DNA from: Paragordius varius
Lineage: Eukaryota; Animalia; Nematomorpha
NCBI GenBank assembly: GCA_964247055.1
Contig: OZ176054.1
Location: 1,364,001 to 1,428,000, forward strand
DNA length: 64,000 nucleotides
Direction: 5' to 3'
Notes under the pieces: generated by a model
What the model saw: the letters and a program-made list of their open reading frames with translations, nothing else
Told to the model about the DNA's origin: nothing
Database searches by the model: none
In this document: piece after piece, positions 38,955 to 50,000 of the stretch
Numbering within the stretch: the stretch's first letter is position 1
Layout of the letters: the number at the start of each line of letters is the position of its first letter
Translations under genes and position numbers: made by a program

Positions 38955-40889
38955 TATTTGTAAAAATAATTGTCATAGAGGGAAAGATTAATTGTATGGA
39001 GAGATTTGGCACAATTCAATAAATATTTGAATATGGCATTACGGAATACGAAATAATCAATTGCCATTAACTTTGGATTTTATATAAGGCACATGTCGGC
39101 AAAAGAAATCTTTGAACAATATCTAATAAAGCCAATGCTATATATAATACATAGAGGAAATAATATTTTATAGACTGGAAGCAAAATGAAACTAACCATT
39201 GTTTGCGATTAGATCTATCAGTGAAATTAGGATATTTAGGCACTTTAAAATAGATAGATGCTAATAAAATCTTTTAAACATCCAACATACGACCGACCGA
39301 AGTACTTTTTAACCTTAACTTAATCATAGAAACGCATGATCGTAATACTTTTGCCATTCAATAAAAGTAAAAAAACGCATAGTTTAAGTTAAGATTAATT
39401 TTTTCATTTACCATAAAATTTTACAATATTTTTAAACTTAATTTATTAGAGATAGACACTAATTTTAACAGGGATGGGGCTTAGTACAAGGGATAGTCAA
39501 AAGAATGACCCATATGATCGGTGCATTCATAATTTTAATGGCCCATTGCCTCAAAGATACGATTCACATAAATTTAAAACATGAATAGACTAATCATCCT
39601 CTAATCAAAATTTTTGAAGTAAAAAATTTTTTAGCTTCATCGAATTTGTGATAAAATGAGCTTTTTAGTATCTTAAAGTGTACATTGTTTCCATCATGTT
39701 TCGAATTAATTAAATATACGCATCACAGAGTTAGTTTGTTTCAAACAAATCTCTTTATTTGATGTCATATAGCTCGAGATTGGCTTTTTCGTGTACATTG
39801 TAATAAAAAAGTTCATTTTATAGGGTTAAAAATGTAAGAGTTGTCAAATTCTCATCTTAAATATAAAAATATTGTTACTTTTGTAAATATAGTTTATGAT
39901 ATATTTTAGTAAATTTCTTTTTAAAAAAGGTATATCGATTAAAAGTTTTACAATTTTCGGATGAGCAATCACAAAAGTAGAATCGTAAGTTTTGAAACCA
40001 TAATCAATATAAGAATCCCGATTTTAACAACATGTGTACACTAAATTACGTTTAATATAGAAATGTTATCTTAAAAGTAGGTTTTCAAATATAACACCAT
40101 TTTTATATTAATTTTCGGTTTTTTTTATCATATAGTTTTGCACGTATATAAATATTTATTATAAATCTGTCGCCCAGAAAGGGACTTGATAAGGCGAATA
40201 AATGGAATCAAAATAAATGTAACCCTTAGTTAGCAACGTAATGCTAAAAGAGTTGACAAGCTGTTTTAAGGATATTAGAGGAGAAATTAAAATTTAACAC
40301 GTATCTAAAGATTTACTAAAGTAATCCTAATCTCTTAAAGCGTGCCGTATTCATGTATGCCAAATTTTGATATCCCTTATCCATCCAAAATATAAATCGA
40401 ATGAGTGATGATTTGAACCAGGCTCAGGATTGCGAGATGGGGATATGGATAGCAGACCTGGCCAGATTTTTCTCTTACAAGATATGAGACTGTGTGACGA
40501 ATATTTAAATAAATTACCTTCCTTAAGAAAGGCAACATGCAATTAATAACAATAGGCTAAAAATAATAGATAATAACCATGATAATAATTATAATATCAT
40601 CCGGGATGTAATCTGCAAAATGTAAATTGAGCCGAGTCGAGCTGTAGTAGCCCCCCTAAATTTAACTAAAATATTAGCAACTCAATACGTAATACAAAAC
40701 ATAAAAAAATAAATTACGGAGATACACTGAGCTGTTAAAACAAAAGTTATACGCCCTTAAATAAAATCAATTTTCAATGTGGAACGTAATATTAAAACTT
40801 TATAAATCTATACCAAAAAAAGTAAATAAACGATATTATTGGATTATATTGTCACAAAAATTTATTGGATAGGAATTATTTTAATCAAA

Positions 40890-43800
40890 TCAAAAATTGA
40901 GTTTACCAATCAAATTATGCATGCAAAGTTTATATAATTTGGAATTTTTCTCTTGTAATTTGACATTTTCGTCGAATTGTTCAATGATTTTCAAATGATC
41001 ACTTTTATTAATATTAATATCAACGGCATTCTTCATTTCTACTTTATTCAAAGAATCATGATTTGGCATTTGATATAAAATCTTATTTATTTCCTCCACT
41101 TGATTTTTTGATTTTACAAAAAATGTGTCACTATTTAAACTTTTGTCTTCTGGTGAAGTATTATTTTGAGCATTATTCGTTTTGTAATTATCAAAAACGG
41201 ACTTTTTTATCCAAAATGACAAATCCTGTCTGTTTAATCGTTTAAATTGTTTAGTGTTTGTTGAAGATATATTACGGTTACCCATAGTAATATCTTGAGA
41301 AATATTAGAATTTAGGTCCGAATTCTGGGGTTTTTGATTGTTTGTATTGTAAAGTTTGGCGGATTCATCGAAACTCGGTAAGTTATAAAAAGATGATTTA
41401 TGCTTTTTAGATTTCGGATTTATCCGATTTTTGGATGATAGATTTGCACTAAGCGTATTATTGTCATTGGAAATTAATAATTTTTCCTCACTAGCAATTT
41501 GCTCTTTTTTCGGTTTAATGTTTGCTGTGATGGTAAATCCTAACAAATGATCTAAAATATATGCATGTAAAAATATAATATAACATATTAATTATATTTA
41601 TATGTATTTAATTAAATTTGGAAAAAAATGCAAAAACCACTTTTAACCAAATATACATATCTAAAATAAATTAGAATGTTTTATGAGTGACAGGAAAATT
41701 GCCAACTAAATAAAAGCGTAAAAAGGCGGCACTTGCATTAATCTAAACAAGAATGATTAATTACGTTAAATGAGCCTAAATATTAAAATATGAGTTTCTG
41801 ACGCGCTTGACTTGTTTCATAGTTAAGAATATTTTATACGTCCAGAAAATATACATAAGTTTATTTAATCTTGTAAAATAAAGGAAATTTTGTAAACTAA
41901 ACCAAAAAATCATGATATATAATAAAATAAATTACCATAGGGTGTATGGAAAGATTTAAGGCAAAATCCTGTTTTGTAATCCCAAATTTTGATATGAGCA
42001 TCACTGCTCCCTGATACTAAAGTGTGGGCACCATAGAGATCATTGTAAGGTAAATTTTGTAATCCAATTATACACCCTCTAAAATTGGACATAAATTAAA
42101 TGTTAATTTTTAAATTTTAAATAACAAATTCACCCTTGAACAATTCAAATTCACCCTAAAAATAAATTATGTGTTTTCGAACTAATATAACACATTATTA
42201 ATATAAAATATATCTTTATGGCATAATTTATTATTTTTTCAGTATTATTTTAATTTAAAACAAAATTTTATTTTTTAAAAATATATTGAAATATAGGTAA
42301 TTTTTTATCTTGTAAAACATGTCATTTTTTGAGGGTGAACTTGAATTGAGGGTGAATTTGAATTGTTTACGGGTGAATTTAAACTGTAAATGGAATATTA
42401 TGTACTTGTGTCCTTTAAGCACGATTGGATGTTCATTTTCGTTGGCATCTTGGAATGGTTGGGTTGATCCCTAAATAATTAATCAAACATCAATTTTAAA
42501 AAAGGAAAAAATTTAGAAAATTTGTCTTAAACATATTTTAAAGAATGAATTAAAAGTATATAATTGCAAAAATTATGAACATTAGACAACAAAATTACCA
42601 AAACATTAATGTGATGTAGGTGAATGTCCCCATTGCGCGACCCAATAAAAATGGTGGATTCGTGCGGATCGCAAATAATTTTGCTGGGTTTGTAACTCAA
42701 AGCGAGGGAACATAGCAATTTTTCTTTTTGGCTCAAATCATATATCTATGGCAATAAAGTTAAATTATATCAAGTGTTTAGCTTTGGTAAATAATACAAA
42801 TCGTTAGATTTTTAGAACTAAAACTAAATGTAATCTTATCGATTAGTCTCCAGTGTTCTGATGATTGTAAATAATTCAAATAGTATCCATGTAAATTTTT
42901 AGCTATAATATAATGGTGTATTTTGATAAAATGATGCTTAAAATGTAATTTAACAGGTTTATGCATCAAATTTAAACCTATTAAATTTCCCAGGATATAA
43001 ACCAGATTAATTTTTAAATAATCCAGAAAAACGTGTCTGAAAAGAGAAAGATGATACGATTGTTATAGAATTAATCCAATAATAAAATATTACCATTCTT
43101 ATCTAAATTTTAAACTATATATCAGACTTTTATAAAATAAATAATATATGAAATTATTTATCAATGCATTAATAATAAATTCATATAAGAACCGCGATTA
43201 AGGCCAAATAAAAAAAACTAGCTTATTCATCATTTTCTATTTAGAAATCAATTGGTTAGGCCAGTTAAAATTTACAAATATAATTTATAAAATTTACATA
43301 TAGCTTTTGATCCTGAGAAATTGAGTACAGACGACTTTCCCAATCGTTCGAAGTGGGGCAAATAACATGAATATCAATGACAGGCATTGTGTTATGATTG
43401 GAACTAAAGAGCGGTTCTTGATTTATGGTTTGATCTAAAGTTAAATCAATCAATCTAATTTTTATTGAAAAAAAATACGATGCAAAGTGCCAGATATGAG
43501 TAAAATTATCTTGACCCGATGTGATTAAATAGGTAAGATTGGGTGTAAATTTTATCACATTAATTTCTTGATAATGATAATCCAGGTCACAAAGCATTTG
43601 TCCGCTATTCAACTTCCAAATCTGAAAACGGGATTTAAAAGCTAAAACTAAATATAAACCATCAGGAGACAAACAGGTTAGGGTTACTGGATTTTCTGTT
43701 TCAAATTTACAATTTATTTGCTAAAATAAAATAATCACTTTTTACTTACATAGTCTTGTAAACTATTGTAAAATGTTATCATTGGTTTATCGCTCCAAGA

Positions 43801-44013
43801 TGTGATTATAAAAACGTCTTGGAATACATCAAAGTTATTATAATGCGAGGTGCCTTTTTTTAATTTATTGGTATCGGAGGCAAAAAATGGAATTTTTAAT
43901 GCATGTTTTAAAGTTTGACTAGTAAAATCCCATATTTGAATAAAGGGGGAAAAACGTTTTTGGGAAAATCCGTTTAAAATTAATTTTAGGTCCGTAGTTT
44001 GCGAATCGAACAT
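40890..44013 (-). CDS. WDR18: WD40-repeat protein WDR18/Ipi3 (Rix1 complex subunit), ~560-567 aa
   Basis: Exons 44013-43750, 43720-43298 (possibly split by a 24-nt intron at 43455-43478), 42745-42599, 42470-42406, 42078-41936, 41551-40890. Motifs LSPDGLYLV, HYQEINVIKFT..YLITSGQD, HNTMPVIDIH, LYSISQDQ, LKGHK, LVSGSSDAHIKIWD and the C-terminal coiled coil ENVKLQEKNSKLYK follow the WDR18 pattern. The start codon is uncertain by a few codons. Confidence 0.87.
42127..42395. mobile_element. Second copy of the 21-bp-repeat MITE, left end truncated, in a WDR18 intron
   Basis: AAATTCACCCTTGAACAATTCAAATTCACCCTAAAAATAAATTATG... and ...GGGTGAATTTAAACTGTAAATGG match 10552-10917. Confidence 0.8.
43721..43749 (-). 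other. 29-nt spliceosomal intron (WDR18 intron 1)
   Basis: GTAAGTAAAAAGTGATTATTTTATTTTAG. The unspliced frame hits TGA after 4 codons; splicing joins ..SLQDY to QINCKFETENPVTLTCLSPDGLYL in frame. Confidence 0.8.
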
Positions 44014-44088
44014 GCTGAACACAAGTATATTTCACACACTCATGAATTCATATTGGTGAAGATAACCAAAAATTAATATTTTTATTCC
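44014..44088. promoter_or_regulatory. Putative bidirectional promoter / overlapping 5' leader region between WDR18 and CNOT3
   Basis: Only 75 bp separate the divergent ATGs (44013 minus, 44089 plus). No specific motif was identified. Confidence 0.55.
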
Positions 44089-47000
44089 ATGGCTGATAAA
44101 CGTAAATTGCAAGGTAAAAAATTTATATAATAGCAGCGGAAATCGACAGATGCCTTAAAAAAGTCAGTGAAGGTGTCGAACTATTTGAAGATATTTGGCA
44201 AAAGGTATCGTTTCTATTATAGCCATATAAACTAACTGGAAATATTTATGGATAATATTTAAAATCTGTGTATTTTTAAGGTAAACTCAGCAACAAACGC
44301 GAACCAAAAGGATAAATATGAAACTGATTTAAAGAAGGAAATTAAAAAGTTACAAAGGCTTCGGGATCAAATCAAAACTTGGACTGCTAGCAATGATATT
44401 AAAGATAAAAGGCAACTTCAAGAAAATAGAAAATTAATTGAAACACAAATGGAACGATTTAAAGTAATTTAATGTATTTTATATTGATAAAATAATTTTT
44501 AGTTTTTTTAACGTTATATTACACATTGTCCCAAGTTTTTGTATTTAATTTTGTAAAAAATAATTTATTTTATATGATAATTTTTTTCAAATAAAATTTT
44601 ATAATATGACAGTATAATTATAAATTATGCCCAAAAGTTAAACGATGGAATATTTACGCTGATTTTAGATGATATCTAAAAATATGTCCTTTTTAACTGA
44701 AATATTTTTTAATTAAAAAATTCAAATCATTCAAAAATAGTATCTTTCTTTGCCATAAAAATGTAAAAAAATATGCAAAAATCCAAAAAACCGGTATAAA
44801 TGCCTAAATATAAATAAAAGGTTTTTTTTAAAAATCATTGGTATATCTTATTAATATAAATACATTTTATACTAATAATATCGTGTATGTTAGCCAATGA
44901 CAATTTTAAAAACAGCAATTTGGCAGGTTAGAGATGTTGTTATATAAAAATTAGTTATAAGTTTATTTGCATGCATAAAAATAAATAATTATAACAAAAA
45001 TACAAAAATGTTTTAACGAACAACAAAAGATTTGATTACGTTAATATCCGGTGTCACATTTTACCTTTTAGTATTTAACTATAAATAATGATTTCTTTAA
45101 TTTATTAGGAATATTTAATTTAATTTAATTTTATGTTTTTTATGGCCGGTAGAGTTTTTAGTGGTTAGGCAAATTTAAGCTATCGTAAAATAAAACAATC
45201 TACCATCAAAAATATAGAGAAGGGACTATAATTTAAATAGTTTTTATCTAAAATTTATTTTTTATATTTCAAATTAATACTGTTTAATTTCTATACTCAA
45301 ACTTAGTATATTTTATTATAAAATCAAACCCAAATTTTTAGTTTGTAATATAGATACGGTATAGTTATTAAAATATTAAACTAAAAAAAATTTAAATGAC
45401 TAATTGGGTTAAAGCGACAGGTTAAAATATTAAAGCACGAAACATTTATTAAAATTTTTTATTTTTTCCCAATCTTTAGATTTATTATCAATGTATATGC
45501 AGTATATCTTTCTTATGATATATATAGTAGCAAATACATTTTTCACTAACCAAATTTTATTATTTAGATAAATTAATGTTAATTTTCAATATTCACTTTG
45601 TTCCTAATAATTAATATTATACTGAAATAATTAACACAAAATTAATAAAAAAGTGTTTAATCTTGTTTTTGGTTCATTATAAGGGCTATAAAGCCATAAG
45701 CTAAGTTTGTGGTAAGATAATCAACTTGAATCAATAACTTATTATTTAGGCAGAAAAATAGATTATAATTTTAGGTGCTGTTTATTATCATAAGCTCATT
45801 TTTCTTTAAACCATATCTCAAGTAAACCAATTTCCATAATAGTAGTGATTGGTAAAATTTAATAATTTATCGCATTTTACACTCATATGCCTAGATCATT
45901 GAAAGAGAAACCAAAACTAAAGCTTACAGTAAAGAAGGTCTTCAACAAACCACGGTGACATCCACGGCGACAAGTATTCAACCCGCTGGACAACATTCCA
46001 AAATTTCACCCAAAAACTCTCAAACTAATTTTGCTTTTTCCGCAATCAGTGGGTCCACTATTGGCGGAGAAAATAACAACACAATTAATTATCCAACAAG
46101 CTTGGAATTATTAATGGATTCTGCCCTTGATAAGAGTGTGGCGATTCCATCATTATCTGACCTGCCCATTTTACCAAATGCAACAGCATCCATTCAACAA
46201 AACACTCAAATGACTGATTCTTCAAATAATTTGGTCAATACTGCATCCACAGAGCTCTCTACAAACACAACGATGAGTAGTTTAGTTAGCGTTCCCCTAG
46301 CAAATCAAAGTGCAGGCAAATTTAGTAGTCGATTTACAAAGTTGTTTAGGAAGGGAAGTGGTTTCCTAACAGGCAATCACAATGTCACCAAGAATAGCAC
46401 TCAGCCAACATTACAAAATATTAGCATTACCGACTCTACTAAATCTTCCGTTATTAACTATAACCAAAAACAAGTTGACACGTTTTTAGGACACAAAACT
46501 GAAGATGAATCATTAACTACCAACCATGCAAAAAATATCAGCAATAGCAATATAAATAATAAACGCCCTTCACTAAGTAACTCTACCATTGCAAATACAG
46601 AGGATGGCCTTTCCCTAAATGGCCGTAAAAAGGAAGAACTTAAGATTTGGCTTAAGGTTTTGTTTTATATTTTATTTTTCATGCTATTTTAATGATTTTT
46701 ATTTGAAATTATACTCAAGAGTGTATTTTTTATGTAGGCATCGATTGAAAAATTAAGTGATCAGATACAAACCTTTTCGGACGAGATTGATGAATCTCAA
46801 AATCAAAACAGCAAAAAGAAAAAACAGGAAAAGGAGGTAAAATTAAAAATTGCAGCTATTGAAATTATACGGACAAAACCTAAAAATATAAGGATAAATA
46901 TTTTTTTCTAAAAGACAACCATACTTTTTAACTCTTTATTTTTTTAGATAAAAGTCATTGTTTTTAATTGCTTAGTATTTAATAGATAGTAAATTGGTAA

Positions 47001-50000
47001 CACCTACAATATATAATACAATTGTAATTAAATGATTTTTATAAGATAAATTAAGGTTTAAAAGTGTGGTTGTCTTTTTAGTAAAAATATTTTGTCTTTA
47101 TTTTTTTTATTTTGTATCATTTCAAATTTTAATAATATAGAAACAGGATAAACTTGACCTGCTAAAAACGTTGATTGAAAAACACAACTATCATATAAGG
47201 CGATTGGAAAACATTTATCAACTCTTGGATAGGGAATTGCTTGACACTGAACATGTAATAATAATAAAAATAATTAGCCACTTTTTATTGAAATAATATT
47301 TATGTAAAACGCAATTTTTATCTATAGGTTGAAGCTATCAAAGATGATATTGAGTTTTACACTGAATGTTGCAGAGATGAGGATTTCAAAGAAAATGAAT
47401 ACATTTACGAAGACCTTAATTTGGATGAATTGAGTAAAACAATTGCTAAATTTAGTTCTTTTAATTTTTCGACTATTTTAATATCTTGGTTTTACTTTTA
47501 ACTAATGGCTGTCTGTAAAACAATTTCCTATAAAAGCCTTTTTGATTCGGGTTTTAAGTATTAAATTGAAAATGATGCGTAGCTTTTTTTCCAAAAACGC
47601 ATTTTTTATACCATTAGCTTTTTTGCTATGTTTTATTTTACAAATACATGCTTAATACGAATATTTAAATTTGTGATCCTTTTATTATTATGCATTTTAA
47701 AAAATTGCGCTATGCGACACAAAAAGCATTAAATAATAAATGCTGATAATATTTCCGTATAATAATTTTCATGTTTCAAATATTCCTTTCCTGCTTTATC
47801 ATTATAAACTAATTATATTTATTCTCAAAAGATTGCAGTTTGACAATTTTAGAATTTTATAATATTTTATAGATGATGAATATTCCCTAAACACTTCCTC
47901 CATAGCTAGCAATAATAGTCCAGCCTCAACGAGTGTGGCTCCAGTCAGTCCGCTCTTTAAGACTTGCACGGATTATAAACCAAATACTCAGAATACGGCG
48001 GCCAGCAATAATAGTAAAAGCCAATCTACAACGGATAAAAAGGTGTTGGATAGCAATCAAAAGCAAATTTTTATGGTATTTTTATTGTGCAATTTTTAGT
48101 TTAGAACAAACAGAAAGAAGGAATTTTCAATCAAAAACTTTATTTTTTATTAGCCTTGAATTTTTAATATATAACCTAAATAACTACATTGATGTGTTTA
48201 AATGTGAGAATTTTACATGTCTATAAATATTTTGCAATTCAGAACCATATAAAAAATATTATTTCCTTTACAAAATAAAAATTTTGCTATTTTTTTAGTT
48301 TTTACTGACAGATTTGTTGTTATTTTCTTATACCATATTATTATTTCTTTGAAATATTAGGAAGAAACTAGATCTTTGAATCAAATGACTAGAATGGAAA
48401 AAGACAAACAGCAGAAAAAGGATGATAATCGAGCTGAAACCGTTTCCCTCAATGAAGATGTACAAATTTTATCATTGATCTAATTTAGATGATTTGACCC
48501 CTCTTCCCATTTACCCGCATCAGACCTTTTTAATCTCTAATTTTGATTTCTTTGATCTTGTTTAATTTTAATTTTGCATAAAGGAAAGATTTTTTTATTT
48601 TTGGCTTATTATGAGGGCCTTAAAATACCCTTAAACTAATGGGTATATGGGAAGACCACTTTCAATTATTTAAATGGTTATAACTCAAAAACTGAAATCT
48701 CATTTAAGAATCGGATTTTAATCGGCTTATTTTTAAGCCCGGGGTCTATTGTAACTCATTTTTTTTGCTGTTCATGTTTATAACCGCAAGAGTTCATATA
48801 AAAATTTAGAAAATTTAATAACTAATATCCCCACTAATTATTATGTATATTTTGTAGATGGGTCAATCATCCACCTCGTTGCGCAGTGGTGGAAGTGCCC
48901 GAGGCCATAATAATAATAATAATACTACAAATAATTGGAATAATTTGAGTGCTTCATCCTCATCAACATCAATGGCTTCTGCAAATAAATATTCTTCTTT
49001 CAATAAAAACAACCAATCATCATCAACATCCTTTAAAGCTGGCAATTCATTATTTACCAACTTTGAAACACAAAACAATAGCAATAAATCTTTAACGCTT
49101 AAAGCAGTCAACAAAACACCAAAAGATAAGGAGAAAAAACTTAAAGAAACTCATGTCCCTTCTGCCACATCCTTAATTTCCACTTTATCTTCAACGCTAA
49201 AAATTGCAAGTGTGCCGACCAAATCAAATAATAATAATAATAATATCAACATTCCAACAACCTCAATTGATTCATTCAATGTGTCATCAAATAATATTAC
49301 ACAAGGGAAAGAAGACACCACTACAAGTAAAAGGCAAGAGAGTGCAAAACTAGCCAAATCAAACATAGCTAATCGATTCAATGCAAATAATCATGGGTCA
49401 GGAGACGAAAAAATGGCCGACGTGGCAAAAAACAAACCAACAATTGTGTCTGAAAGTAATAATATTTCCTCACTTATTTCGCTTGCTCGAAGTCAACATA
49501 ATAAAAGACAAGTACAAGCCAACATTCCTTCTTCGTCAACCATCATGCAATCTGGAGATTATGATCACAAATTGGAAGGTGCTAAGATTGAACGCATAGC
49601 AAACAGTGAAAATAATTTCATAACTCCTAAAAAATTTGGAACTGCTACCGCAACATCTGAAAACAAATTTGAATTGTCTGACTTGTTTGAATCTTTCAAG
49701 GAATCATTGCAGCAAAAGCAGAATGTACCCATGACTAATGGCAATAGCTTTATTATAAGCTCTACCGCCTCTCCTACCAACTCATCCAACCCACTTTATC
49801 AAGATTTGAGACCACAAAGTAGTTTGCCAAATAAAACCTCCATAAACGATCACAAGTATTTTAAATACATATATTAATTTTCCCATTTATATATAAAACT
49901 GGGTGTTATTGGTTATGATTGTATTAATGACCGTGAATGTTTCCGCTTTTTTAAATAATTGTTAAATTCTAATATACTGATATTTAAATTATTGGTAAAG

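Noticed and set aside
40330-40620. Relatively GC-rich stretch resembling a LINE 3' end (ORF 40351-40542)
   Set aside because: No unambiguous motif in any frame; too degenerate to call.
48863-49789. Antisense ORFs overlapping the large CNOT3 exon
   Set aside because: These are expected shadows of a long S/N/T-rich coding frame.
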